From an uncultured Candidatus Saccharibacteria bacterium (GTDB taxonomy: Bacteria > Patescibacteriota > Minisyncoccia > Phycocordibacterales > UBA9973), in assembly GCA_964565285.1 (NCBI GenBank), contig CAZMDL010000015.1, forward strand, positions 1 through 30,763: a stretch of 30,763 nt of DNA, written 5' to 3'. Below the pieces are notes generated by a model. The model searched no databases and had not been told where the DNA came from. It saw only the letters and a program-made list of their open reading frames with translations. Positions 1 to 9,965 of the stretch are shown here, one piece after another; position 1 is the first letter of the stretch, and every line of letters starts with the position of its first letter. The position numbers were made by a program, and so were the translations under genes.

Positions 1-2241
1 AGGTGTAAGTGTTGCATTAGATGCAATATTATTATCTGCTCTGTATTGTTGTTCTGCAGTTCCTCTATTAGCTTTTTTAAATTCATCTTCTCCCATTATT
101 GGAGCACCACTTGCATCTTTAGCACGGCCAGATCTGATTTCTTGTTCCACCTCAGCACGTTTTGTTTTAAGGAATACTTCTTTAATTTTTTGCTCATCTC
201 TTCCTGAAAGTTTTGAATCTGGAACACCTTTCAAGCCAGCTTTTGCTTTAATGTCTTCAAGTTCGTGTCTTCCATGATCTACTTTATCTACTAATCTTTG
301 TTTCTTGTTTAGTAATCCACCTATACCAGTTGTAACACCCAAGGCTTTACCTGTTTTAAGATCTGTTTTACCTTTGTCTTCACCATATATTTTATTTAAT
401 CCAATACCAGTTCCAAACCCGGAACCAATAAATCCACGAGTTTTTTGCATGAAGCTCATTTCTGATCTCTTGTTTGGGTCCATAAATTTTTGTGAATTTG
501 TGTCACCTCTTGATGCTTGTGCTATTTTCTGGCCAATACCACGCCCTATGAAACCAGTAGTTAATGCTGCGCCGCCAAGTGCGAGTGCACCAGCAGCTTG
601 AATTCCTCCAGCTACTGTTTGCCCGATACTTCCAGAGAAACTTTTTGCCATCTTTTTTGCCATGAGTAGCATTATCATTATGAATGCAAATGGAATTATT
701 GTTTTTAGTACGAAATCGGCTCCAGTTGCACTTTGGATTACCATGTCTCCAAAAACTTGATCTAAGAATAGGAGAATAAGATACAAGAAGAACATAAAAA
801 TTGGTGCCACAAAACATAGTCCCGTTGTTTCAGAAACCCATTGTGACCAGCCTATTTGGGGTGTTTTCTTTAGTGCGGGTACGGTAATACTAAGGAATGC
901 AAATGGCACAAATATCATAGCAAACCAAAGCCCTATTACTCGAGCAAGGAATATAATACCTACAGAGAAGAATACAATCATTCCGATAATATTTATTACT
1001 GTTGCCATCAAAGTAACTAAGAAAAATCCACCTACACCTAGATTCGTTGTTTTGTCGTTAGAATCCGATGATTGGTTTTGTGCATCATCACCTACTTTTA
1101 CTTTATATGAATTTATTATTAAATCTTGAGGGTTAACTTTTGCTACAAGTGCAGCAGATAATGGGAGCTCCCCTTTTGAGTTTGCATCATATAAATCTAC
1201 TCCACCTCTTGTGGCTGAAGAATATGTACCATCCGCGTTTTGTTTTAATGTTATCTTTACTGCATTACTATTGTAGAAGACTCGCGCTAAGATATTGGAA
1301 GTATCGATAAGAACTCTCGTGGCAAATAAACTGAAGTTTATGAGTAGCCCTACAATGATAATATCGATAATAATTGATTTGGCATGAATACTACTTACCC
1401 CAAGGATCATTCCAAATGCCGCATAAATAAGTATAAATATAAAGAATATATTACAAATATCACGCACAAGCCCCCAGCCTTTTGTTACAAATGTGGTGGT
1501 ATAGGAACTATCTGTAATAGAATATGCAAATAATTTATCAAAGAATTTTCCAGCAAGTCCAAATATGTATGATGTTGGTACAAATGCTACATAGTAAAAG
1601 ATTTGAACTACACAACCAAGAACTGTTCCACTAACTCCAGGTAGCATACTACATGCTGGTAGTATATCCCCACCTGCTCCATTTTGTGATTGAAAATTTT
1701 GACTGTCTATATTTTTTGGATCAAATGTTTGTACTATTAGTGGGTCTGGTTTTGCGTCAAATTTAACTGCTTCATTTGAGCCAACTAAAAAATTTATATT
1801 ATAAAAAGCCGAGGAACTTACTTTGTATTTTGTTGCTTCTGATAGTTTTTCCAGTCTGTATGTTCCATACATAACATCATCTCCGTCACTATTTGTTGTT
1901 TGTATTATTTTAAAGTCATCTCTGTTCATATCCCAGCCAATATTTTTTATTTCGTTTCCTGATTCATCTTTAATAGAAACACTAAATCCTCTACTCCATG
2001 AAGTTACATTTGAGTTAATTGAGCTTGGGGCACCATTCATTATTGCATCAATTTGTAGTGTAATGGAATCTGGAGTATTAGATATTTGTGAAATAGTAAA
2101 ATTTTTGATTCCAGCTGAGGCTGCATGAGCTTCGTTTTTTTGTAGTGATATAGAACTATTATCTTTCATTACAAAACCAAAAGGCGCAAATAATGTTGCG
2201 ATTATGGTTACCATGAATATGTATGGCAAAACTTTCTTCAT
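1..2241 (-). CDS. VirB6/TrbL-like polytopic membrane protein, 3' end outside window (>747 aa); absent from the ORF track
   Basis: My manual translation from ATG 2241 (MKKVLPYIFMVTIIATLFAPFG...NEAHA) gave no stop, and the frame is still open at position 1. It has a signal-like N-terminus and several hydrophobic segments, including GWGLVRDICNIFFIFILIYAAFGMILG and IIIVGLLINFSLFATRVLIDTSNILA, a pattern I associate with CPR VirB6-like proteins. A Gly/Ala-rich segment and a charged C-terminal tail follow. Confidence 0.75.
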   Translation of the reverse strand, partial: MKKVLPYIFMVTIIATLFAPFGFVMKDNSSISLQKNEAHAASAGIKNFTISQISNTPDSITLQIDAIMNGAPSSINSNVTSWSRGFSVSIKDESGNEIKNIGWDMNRDDFKIIQTTNSDGDDVMYGTYRLEKLSEATKYKVSSSAFYNINFLVGSNEAVKFDAKPDPLIVQTFDPKNIDSQNFQSQNGAGGDILPACSMLPGVSGTVLGCVVQIFYYVAFVPTSYIFGLAGKFFDKLFAYSITDSSYTTTFVTKGWGLVRDICNIFFIFILIYAAFGMILGVSSIHAKSIIIDIIIVGLLINFSLFATRVLIDTSNILARVFYNSNAVKITLKQNADGTYSSATRGGVDLYDANSKGELPLSAALVAKVNPQDLIINSYKVKVGDDAQNQSSDSNDKTTNLGVGGFFLVTLMATVINIIGMIVFFSVGIIFLARVIGLWFAMIFVPFAFLSITVPALKKTPQIGWSQWVSETTGLCFVAPIFMFFLYLILLFLDQVFGDMVIQSATGADFVLKTIIPFAFIMIMLLMAKKMAKSFSGSIGQTVAGGIQAAGALALGGAALTTGFIGRGIGQKIAQASRGDTNSQKFMDPNKRSEMSFMQKTRGFIGSGFGTGIGLNKIYGEDKGKTDLKTGKALGVTTGIGGLLNKKQRLVDKVDHGRHELEDIKAKAGLKGVPDSKLSGRDEQKIKEVFLKTKRAEVEQEIRSGRAKDASGAPIMGEDEFKKANRGTAEQQYRADNNIASNATLTP

Positions 2242-2304
2242 CTGTTTTTATTATAGCATTTTGAGTTTCTATTGCTATATATTTTACTTTATTTTAAAAC
2301 CAAA

Positions 2305-4623
2305 TTACCAAACATTGTACATCTTTTCAAAATTACTCCACGGTTTGATATACATTAGTGATTTTACAATTCCAGTCAGTCCTCCTGTTGGAATTGATGC
2401 AAGTAGATTTCTTATGTCGTGTAGGCTTCGCCCTTGAGATAGTACGTTGATTAATTCGTTTTCAGTATATAATTCTGTATATAAATATCTAACTATTTGG
2501 GCGTCTGTTGAATCAACTAAGTCAGAATTTCTTCCATATATTTGAAGTAATTGATTAATGGTTTTACCGTTAGCTAGATTTTGTATTATAGTGTCGCGTC
2601 CGTATTTTGTGGCATATGCTACTCTTTCTGCATAATTTCTTTTGCCTGGTTCCATTATATCTATTACTTTTTGCATTTCCATGTATTGGAATTTACGTTT
2701 CAAGATAGACATCATTGTCCAAGGTTGGATTTTTTGATCCATTATTTGTTTTACTTCAGCTTCTGTTTTTCCTTCTGTGAGTTTTTTACCAATTGTTTCT
2801 GCATCTGCTGGTCCTGATACTGATTTTAATACCATATCAATTACTTGCTGGTCTGTATAACCTGTCAGGTTATCTATTCTCAAAGAAGAAACAAATCTAT
2901 AGTATGTGTTGTCTTCTGAGTTTTTATTATTTCCAGATTGATATGGATTATATCGGCGCTCATCTCTTCCTTGATATTTTACACTACTACTAATTCCACC
3001 TTCTATTTGCTCTGTTTTACTACCGAGTGTTTGCTTGTAGTCTGCCCTACTTGTCTGGTCTATACATTGTTGTGTAAGACTTTTTGCATTTTCAATAATG
3101 TATTTGTAATTACGAGTACTGTCTTCTTCCCCGTTTACATCTGATTGAGACTTGAGGAATGGAGCAAGTAAATTAAATTGGCGAGTGAGTTCAGCTAGTT
3201 GTGCTTTTTCTGAATCTGTAAATTGTAATGCAATATCAGCTTCGTTACATTGTTTTTTAATACCGTAACCATTGCCACGGTTATTGTTTGTATTATTGTT
3301 TTTATTTGTATTATTATTTGCAAATTCACTTCCGTAATTTGGGTCGTATAGTGTTTTTGTTTTTCCATCTGCCCAGCAATTTGAATCAAGGGCATCTTTT
3401 GTATTATCACTATCATTGTCTATGTTGTCGCTACATTGAGGAATTATGTTAAATTCTGTGCTCTTGTCTGGCATATATGAAGATTTGTTTTTCGTATTCA
3501 AATCACTATGACATCCTGGGTCATTTATGTCTGTTAGTTTATCTCCATCATCATCTTTACCGTTACTACACTGTGGAATTATATTTAACTCAATTGTTTT
3601 ATCTTTAAGATAGCTATTTGTATTATTTGGATTCAAATCACTATGACATCCTGGGTCTAGTTCATCTATCAATCCATCTTGATCATTGTCTGCCCCATCA
3701 CGACATGCTGGTATAAAATCAAGTTCTGTTGATTTATTTTCATCATAAGTATCTGTATCTACGATCATTATCATTTCAGGATTTCTACTTGTTTTTGATG
3801 GGTATTTTGATTTTTTGATTTCTGGATTTGGCATCATATTTGCTGGAAGTGTTCCTGTTTCATTGAAAGTTGGGTCGTAAGTACTAGAATTTTTACTATT
3901 TTGATCTGTATGACAATCTGGATCGTCTAAGTCTTTTAAATTATCTCCATCATTGTCTATGGTGTCTGCACAAGTTCCTGTTTTTACACTTGCTCCACCA
4001 ATAGTAGTACTGTTAATACTCCCTGCCCCTGTATTTGCTGGACTTGGTAGTAATTTTACCGGTGTTGTGTCGACTACTTCTTTAGGTATATCTTTATATA
4101 CTTCTAGGTTTGTGTGGCATCCCGGGTCAAGAATATCTTTCAGTCCATCTTGGTCGTTGTCTAGTCCGTCTTTACATTGAGGAATAAAATTTGCTGGAAA
4201 TACTGTCTTGTATTTTAGGTTATTTCCGTCACAAGAATTCCCGTTGTTATTTACTTGCTGGTTTGAATCACATGGGTTTTGGAAGCCATAATTATTTGTA
4301 GGTAATGGAATTGGGTTTAAATTTGGTGTTATTAAACTATTACCAATATTACTTGTATTTGGTGTGTCTGTTGTTGTTTGTTCTTGTCCTGTATTTGGTA
4401 TTTCTGTTTTTGTTATATCTGTGGGGGTATTTGTTTTGTCTACTGTATTTAATTCTTTATTTTTTGATGTACCAAGTAATGGTGCAAATAATTTACCACC
4501 AGCGCTTTTTGTATTCGATATTCCCCCATCTTTAATAAAAATAAAATAAATACCAAAAATAAGCACAAGTGTAATTGCGAATGCTATTATGAGTGCTTTT
4601 GATTTTTTTGGATTTTTCTCCAT
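2305..4623 (-). CDS. Membrane-anchored surface protein with five Cys-bracketed Asp-rich (Ca-binding-like) repeats
   Basis: 772-aa ORF with an N-terminal TM helix (ALIIAFAITLVLIFGIYFIFI), Thr/Asn/Pro-rich linkers and five C-x18-C repeats of the type CxDGxDNDxDGxxDxxDPGC. Confidence 0.75.
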   Translation of the reverse strand: MEKNPKKSKALIIAFAITLVLIFGIYFIFIKDGGISNTKSAGGKLFAPLLGTSKNKELNTVDKTNTPTDITKTEIPNTGQEQTTTDTPNTSNIGNSLITPNLNPIPLPTNNYGFQNPCDSNQQVNNNGNSCDGNNLKYKTVFPANFIPQCKDGLDNDQDGLKDILDPGCHTNLEVYKDIPKEVVDTTPVKLLPSPANTGAGSINSTTIGGASVKTGTCADTIDNDGDNLKDLDDPDCHTDQNSKNSSTYDPTFNETGTLPANMMPNPEIKKSKYPSKTSRNPEMIMIVDTDTYDENKSTELDFIPACRDGADNDQDGLIDELDPGCHSDLNPNNTNSYLKDKTIELNIIPQCSNGKDDDGDKLTDINDPGCHSDLNTKNKSSYMPDKSTEFNIIPQCSDNIDNDSDNTKDALDSNCWADGKTKTLYDPNYGSEFANNNTNKNNNTNNNRGNGYGIKKQCNEADIALQFTDSEKAQLAELTRQFNLLAPFLKSQSDVNGEEDSTRNYKYIIENAKSLTQQCIDQTSRADYKQTLGSKTEQIEGGISSSVKYQGRDERRYNPYQSGNNKNSEDNTYYRFVSSLRIDNLTGYTDQQVIDMVLKSVSGPADAETIGKKLTEGKTEAEVKQIMDQKIQPWTMMSILKRKFQYMEMQKVIDIMEPGKRNYAERVAYATKYGRDTIIQNLANGKTINQLLQIYGRNSDLVDSTDAQIVRYLYTELYTENELINVLSQGRSLHDIRNLLASIPTGGLTGIVKSLMYIKPWSNFEKMYNVW
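3376..4176 (-). repeat. Five intragenic 60-nt C-x18-C repeat units
   Basis: Units at 4117-4176, 3913-3972, 3646-3705, 3511-3570 and 3376-3435. The last three are spaced exactly 135 nt apart. A 27-nt exact repeat, ATTCAAATCACTATGACATCCTGGGTC, lies at 3496-3522 and 3631-3657. Confidence 0.9.
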
Positions 4624-4641
4624 AATATTTATTATATTACA

Positions 4642-7600
4642 TTAATTTGGACATACTGCCCCACTCGGTGTTTGTGTTCTTTTGATAATGTTTATTGCCT
4701 TACTTTCAAATTCTACACTTCCCTTTTTATCTTTTACCTTCATTTCGATTGTTGCAGTACCTGAGTCTTTAGATTGAGAGATTGGATAGCTATTGAAACT
4801 TGATTGAGTGATTATTTTACCGCTACCAAGTGTTAATTTCCATTCTGTTGTATAAGGTGTAGTACCGCCTGTAGAAATATTGTTCAATGTAATTTCTGTG
4901 GTGCATTTATTTGCGTATGATTCTTGAATAATACTAAAATCTGCTGTTAAGGCTGCATTTGTATTGTTTGTATAATTTCCTGCGCCATTTGCTGTATTGT
5001 TGTTCCCTGTTGTGTTATTTGTATTGCCTGTATTGTTTCCTCCGGTTGTATAATTTGTATAGTTACCTGGTCCTGTTGTCGTTGTATTGTTTGTCTTTAC
5101 TCCATTTAGAGATTCTATTGTGGCGTCTTGATTTGCCATAGCATCAAGACATTCTGCTGGAACTTTTATTTTGCCATAAATAATATCGTTTTGTTGTCTT
5201 TTTCGTGCGGCTTTTACGATGGCATCTACTTTTGCTTTTATTATACCTAATCTGTATATATTTGCTTTTGCTTTTCTGACTTCTTCTGCATAATCGGTTT
5301 TTGCTGATGCAATATTTATTTCATAAGTTCTTAGGTTTCTTGTTACATCAAGACCAGCTTCAGCCATTGGTAGGTAGAATTGATTATCGGTACCATCATC
5401 ATTATAAGCTGTTCTCATTAGTGAGTTTGGTCCATAAAGTTCAGTCATTTTGTTTGAGTATGTTGTAAAGTCATTTTTTATTTTTCTTATTGCAGCTTTT
5501 TTACCTGTTTCAAAATCTTCACGAGCTTGATCTTGTTGAGCTTTTAGGTCTGCTTTTGCTTTGTCTATTTTTTCTTGGCGAGTAGATCCACCCCCTATTG
5601 TTGAAAGAAGGTCATATACTGAGCCGATAAGACTTGATTGTAGTTTGTATAGTCCACCTAGTATTGGAATACTTTCAATAATATTTGCAAAACTATCCGC
5701 AGCTTGGATATACCATGAGTCTGGATTTTGTATTAAATCCATTCCATTTGTGGTTTTTAATAGTGAAGATTTAAAGTTTGGTTTTACTATTTTGAAATCT
5801 TGAGTCAGGTAGGTGTTTCTAATTTGCTCAATAAGTGCGTTTGCTGTAACACGTGCTGGGCCTTGCCATGTTGGGTTTGGTCCTGGAATACAATAATCAA
5901 GTTCACCTATTGCTGGCAATATTCCTGGTAGTACTTTTAATGAATTATTTACTGCTTCTATATAATCTTTTTGAATTGTTATTATTCCTTTTTTATATAC
6001 GTATTTTTTCTTTGTTACAGGATCTATGCGCATTATGTCTCCTAATGCTGTTGTAATATCAAATTTATCTGCGCTAGTCCATCCACGACCTCTTCCCACA
6101 GTAATTATTTTACCTGTTGCAGAATCTACCCCTGGTATATTACTAATGTCGTTACCACTCGCATCGTATATTTTGTTTGATCCTGGTCCTCCTAAACCAT
6201 TATTTGAACTATTTTTTGGATTAAATGTAGCCAAACTTGAGAGACCTTGGTTTATTAATTGATTCATTAATGCACCAAATACAGCATCAAGTGATTCGTT
6301 TACTGTATCTGCGAGCTCTAATTGGCGTGTTGGTGATTGTAATTGAGTTTTTAATTGGTCTTGAATTATTGTTCCAGGAGTTACTGTTTCGTAACGCAAA
6401 CATTCTTGTGTTTGTGTTTTTTCTCCTGTGCTTACTTTTTTATTTTGTGAGTTTGCTAAATATATTTCAAAACTAGCAATTCCTGCTGTTGCTCCTGTAC
6501 TAAATGAAACTTCTACTTTATGATAAGAGCCCTCAAGAAGTCCATTGAAAGATACATCAAACATGACTTTGCCTTTCTGGCCTATTGTCATTACTGTTTT
6601 ACTATCTTCTCTTCCTCCACCTAGGTTTTGTAATTCTGCAGTTATTGTTCCAGCACTTGGTGCATCATACTGCATATTTAATGTAAATGATTTGCCACCG
6701 ATTGTTTTGTTTAATAAACCAACCCCAGTACTTTTGCTAAGTACTTTTATATCACCAGTTGCTGATGGTGTGTTGTTTGTTGCATTTGTGTCGGGTGTGC
6801 CTTTGGCGTACTCAACACACTTTTTTTGGTCTAAGAATCCATTGTTTTGAGCAAGTTCAGATTTTGCATTTTCTACTTTTTTGTTTTGTTCGTCGGCGAC
6901 TTGCTGAGTTGCTAAAATATTAAAACCAAGAGGGTTATTTGCAGGATTTTGTGTAAGAGAGAACCAGCCATCCCAACCTCCCTTGTTAAAATCTTGTGCA
7001 AAATCTTCTGTTGTTGAACCGTTTTGAAGTGAATTGTTTAAATTTGAGATTAATTTATTTTTTGGATCTGTTGTTTTGTCTTTTATTAATGCTTTAGCAA
7101 AATCACGGCCATAAGGATATAAAGATGCATTGTCGAAATCAACAATTGGTCCTAAGAATGAACGTAGTGTTTCTTTCCCTAAGCTATCAAAGTATGAATC
7201 TTGATCTCTTACAAAAAGAGGATCTCCATTGAAACCAGAATTAATCCAATTTACAGTTTTTTCTGTTATGGATTTTAATTGATTTTTTGCAAGTGAATAA
7301 GCTACACCATTAATACATTCTTCACGGAATTTAGCATTCTCTGCTTCTTTTTTTATTTGGTCTTCTTTCTTTTTTATTTCAGAAGTTTTCTTTTCTAGTG
7401 CTGCATTGTCTGTTGGTACTGAAGTCGCTTCTTGCCCTATTCCTTCAAGTGCATCTTCTGTTTGATTTATATAATCATTGTCATCTAAGCTATTTACAAA
7501 GTCCGCTGCTTTTTCTGGATCGATAAGATCATTTAAGGCTCCTTTTACCTTACTTACTAAGCCTGTACATCCTAAAACAGCTGGGATCGCTTCTTCTATA

Positions 7601-7845
7601 TTTGTAACATTAAAAGCATAAGGATTTTCTCCTGTGTCTGTATCCTCTGCTGTGGTAGTTCCTGTGTTTGTTTGCGTATTTGTATTTGAAGTAGTTTGAC
7701 CTAGATAGTTTGTAGGATCAATTTCAGATTCATCTCCTATGTCCCATATAGCTTTTGCTTCGAAAAAAGGAAAAAGTGTTGCACTTACAAAAAAGCATAA
7801 CATTAGGGCACTTGCGATTATTTTTTCTAAATATGTACGATTCAT
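4642..7845 (-). CDS. Large exported protein of unknown function with a C-terminal PKD/Ig-like domain
   Basis: 1067-aa ORF with a signal peptide ending AKA. It contains the block TVNWINSGFNGDPLFV...GGWDGWFSLTQNPANNPLG, which I recall from Parcubacteria hypothetical proteins, then an Asn/Thr/Gly linker and a beta-rich C-terminus (LTADFS...STGGTTPYTTEW...TIEMKVKD). Confidence 0.7.
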   Translation of the reverse strand: MNRTYLEKIIASALMLCFFVSATLFPFFEAKAIWDIGDESEIDPTNYLGQTTSNTNTQTNTGTTTAEDTDTGENPYAFNVTNIEEAIPAVLGCTGLVSKVKGALNDLIDPEKAADFVNSLDDNDYINQTEDALEGIGQEATSVPTDNAALEKKTSEIKKKEDQIKKEAENAKFREECINGVAYSLAKNQLKSITEKTVNWINSGFNGDPLFVRDQDSYFDSLGKETLRSFLGPIVDFDNASLYPYGRDFAKALIKDKTTDPKNKLISNLNNSLQNGSTTEDFAQDFNKGGWDGWFSLTQNPANNPLGFNILATQQVADEQNKKVENAKSELAQNNGFLDQKKCVEYAKGTPDTNATNNTPSATGDIKVLSKSTGVGLLNKTIGGKSFTLNMQYDAPSAGTITAELQNLGGGREDSKTVMTIGQKGKVMFDVSFNGLLEGSYHKVEVSFSTGATAGIASFEIYLANSQNKKVSTGEKTQTQECLRYETVTPGTIIQDQLKTQLQSPTRQLELADTVNESLDAVFGALMNQLINQGLSSLATFNPKNSSNNGLGGPGSNKIYDASGNDISNIPGVDSATGKIITVGRGRGWTSADKFDITTALGDIMRIDPVTKKKYVYKKGIITIQKDYIEAVNNSLKVLPGILPAIGELDYCIPGPNPTWQGPARVTANALIEQIRNTYLTQDFKIVKPNFKSSLLKTTNGMDLIQNPDSWYIQAADSFANIIESIPILGGLYKLQSSLIGSVYDLLSTIGGGSTRQEKIDKAKADLKAQQDQAREDFETGKKAAIRKIKNDFTTYSNKMTELYGPNSLMRTAYNDDGTDNQFYLPMAEAGLDVTRNLRTYEINIASAKTDYAEEVRKAKANIYRLGIIKAKVDAIVKAARKRQQNDIIYGKIKVPAECLDAMANQDATIESLNGVKTNNTTTTGPGNYTNYTTGGNNTGNTNNTTGNNNTANGAGNYTNNTNAALTADFSIIQESYANKCTTEITLNNISTGGTTPYTTEWKLTLGSGKIITQSSFNSYPISQSKDSGTATIEMKVKDKKGSVEFESKAINIIKRTQTPSGAVCPN

Positions 7846-7860
7846 AATAAAATAGAAAAC

Positions 7861-8748
7861 CTATTCTTGTAGTATACCATTTCTTATAAAAAAGTTTTGT
7901 AAATTTTTCAAATCTATTGCAAGGGCATCATTATTTTTTTTATATGACACAAGAGCACTCATTCCTGTTATAGGATCGGCTGTCATTATAGACATTTGTT
8001 CTATTGCCACAGCATTTTTTTCGTAATCATTTGCTAATTTTAATTGTAAATCAGAAAGTGAACTCGGAACTTCAAGCTGTATTAGGTCTTGACCGAAACC
8101 CCTGTATTCATTTGCTATATTTTTTAAACCAGCTATAGATTCTTTGTCGTTTTCTGATACAGCCTTACCCATATAGGTTAATTCATTGCCTATACCACTA
8201 TTTATGTATCTATTTGCGAGTTTTTTAAAATTTGTATAATAAGCTTTTATTGTTTTCGTGTTTGTTTCTGTTGTGTTTATTATAGCTTTTGTATATATGT
8301 CTGGAATTTGCTCGGCTACAACTTTTTTACCTATTCCATTTGAAAGATTTGCAATGGAATTTTCATTTAAATTACCTGTTTGTTTTAATGAAACAATTAA
8401 CGCAAAAAATTCACGAGCTAGTTTGTCGTTTTCTGTGACTGCATCATCGTTGTTTGGGTTACCGTCATCTAATGCTTTTTTCTTTGCTAAAATGAATTCT
8501 TTATTGCTTGCCCCGTCGCCCTTTGGATCAAGCCCCCAAAGGCTTTCTTCCCAATCAGCAATTCCATTATGATTACTATCTTCTGCTACTACTTCTTTAA
8601 TCATTAAGTTTTTTGCTATAGAATTTCTGTGCAGTTTATCTTTAATGCTTGGAGTTATTTTTGTAATGATAAAAGCAATAGCAAGTAATATTGTAATAGC
8701 TCCAACGCTCTTTAAAAATTTTTTACTTGGCAAATATGATTTATTCAT
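7861..8748 (-). CDS. Membrane-anchored hypothetical protein with one thrombospondin-3-like Ca-binding motif
   Basis: 295-aa ORF with an N-terminal TM helix, the motif DSNHNGIADWEESLWGLDP and a helical C-terminal domain. Confidence 0.7.
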   Translation of the reverse strand: MNKSYLPSKKFLKSVGAITILLAIAFIITKITPSIKDKLHRNSIAKNLMIKEVVAEDSNHNGIADWEESLWGLDPKGDGASNKEFILAKKKALDDGNPNNDDAVTENDKLAREFFALIVSLKQTGNLNENSIANLSNGIGKKVVAEQIPDIYTKAIINTTETNTKTIKAYYTNFKKLANRYINSGIGNELTYMGKAVSENDKESIAGLKNIANEYRGFGQDLIQLEVPSSLSDLQLKLANDYEKNAVAIEQMSIMTADPITGMSALVSYKKNNDALAIDLKNLQNFFIRNGILQE

Positions 8749-8763
8749 TAAAAATTATATTTA

Positions 8764-9132
8764 TTATAGACTTGAACCCCAAAAATATATTGAATATGTA
8801 GGGTATGGTGTTCCTGTTTCTGGTGTGATACAAGATATTTCATCTATTGGCGCTTCAGTAGCAAAACCTAACACCCAAGCCCCTGGTATTATTGAGTAAT
8901 TTGAATGGCCAATAGATTCAAGAGCTATTGAGTATGGATAGCCTGTTCCAAAAGTACTTGTTTCAAATGTTAGTGGGCCTTCTGGGTGGTAAGTATTTTC
9001 ACAAATATTTACTCCATCAACAGTACTCAGTATTCTTCCACCAAAAGGCGTATATGCATAAGCAAAATTTACAACACTAAGAAACATAAAAAAACTAAAT
9101 GCTATACATAATGATGAGATTGCGTGTTTCAT
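8764..9132 (-). CDS. Small secreted protein with two mature-region cysteines
   Basis: Start moved to MKHAIS (ATG 9132) because TATAAT lies 6 nt upstream. Signal peptide ends AYA; motifs PFGGRI, PGAWVLG and terminal WGSS. Confidence 0.65.
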   Translation of the reverse strand: MKHAISSLCIAFSFFMFLSVVNFAYAYTPFGGRILSTVDGVNICENTYHPEGPLTFETSTFGTGYPYSIALESIGHSNYSIIPGAWVLGFATEAPIDEISCITPETGTPYPTYSIYFWGSSL

Positions 9133-9172
9133 TCTTTTATTATACAAGGTTTATTTTTTAAATCCAATAGTT

Positions 9173-9943
9173 TTAGATTTTTTGGGTTATATTTAGCCAA
9201 CTTTGCAAAGATAATTCTTCAGCGCGCGTTTTTTCTGAAATGTTTAGTATTTCAAATATATTATTTATTTTTTCTTTATCTGATATATCTTCTAGGTTTT
9301 TCTTTAGAACCTTTCTTTTATGAGCAAAACCTGTTTTTATTACCTCAAAGAATTTCTCCTCCTCTTTTTTATTTTTAAAGTTATTTCTGTTTATATTTTG
9401 TATCGAAAGTATAGCTGAATCAACTTTAGGGCTTGGGGTAAAATACCTTTTTGGTACCTTTATAATATATTTGGGTATACCGTAAGCTTTTACAGATAAA
9501 GATAAAATACTTTCTTTTTTGTCGCAAACTCTTTGAGCTACTTCTTTTTGTACTAAAACCACCATATTTTCTGGTTGATTTTTGTTTGTTAAGAATTTTT
9601 TAAATATAGCCCCTGTTATGTTGTATGGGATATTGGCTATTAATTTATAACTTTTTTCTTTTATTTCTATATCGAGTACATCATTAGAGATTAGTTTAAG
9701 TTTGCCAGATTCTATTTCTTTTTCAAATTTTTCTTTTAGTAAATCGACTAAGTCCCTATCTTTTTCAATAGCTATAACCTTTTTGGCTCTTAGTAATAAT
9801 TCGGTCGTTAATACTCCTTTACCTGGTCCTATCTCTATAATAGTGTCTTTATTTGTTATATTACCCGCTTCACACATTGCCTTAATGGCAAAGGGAGCTT
9901 TTAGGAAGTTTTGCCCTAGAGATTTTTTAGCTTTATGAATCAT
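9173..9943 (-). CDS. rsmA: 16S rRNA m6,2A dimethyltransferase RsmA/KsgA
   Basis: KKSLGQNFL, IIEIGPGKGVLT (SAM motif I), ANIPYNIT (motif IV), FTPSPKVDSA. Confidence 0.97.
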   Translation of the reverse strand: MIHKAKKSLGQNFLKAPFAIKAMCEAGNITNKDTIIEIGPGKGVLTTELLLRAKKVIAIEKDRDLVDLLKEKFEKEIESGKLKLISNDVLDIEIKEKSYKLIANIPYNITGAIFKKFLTNKNQPENMVVLVQKEVAQRVCDKKESILSLSVKAYGIPKYIIKVPKRYFTPSPKVDSAILSIQNINRNNFKNKKEEEKFFEVIKTGFAHKRKVLKKNLEDISDKEKINNIFEILNISEKTRAEELSLQSWLNITQKI

Positions 9944-9965
9944 AGCTATATGATAGCATATGCTT

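Noticed and set aside
3496-3657. 27-nt direct repeat as a CRISPR-like array
   Set aside because: Only two exact copies, in frame within a protein repeat, and no cas genes in the window.
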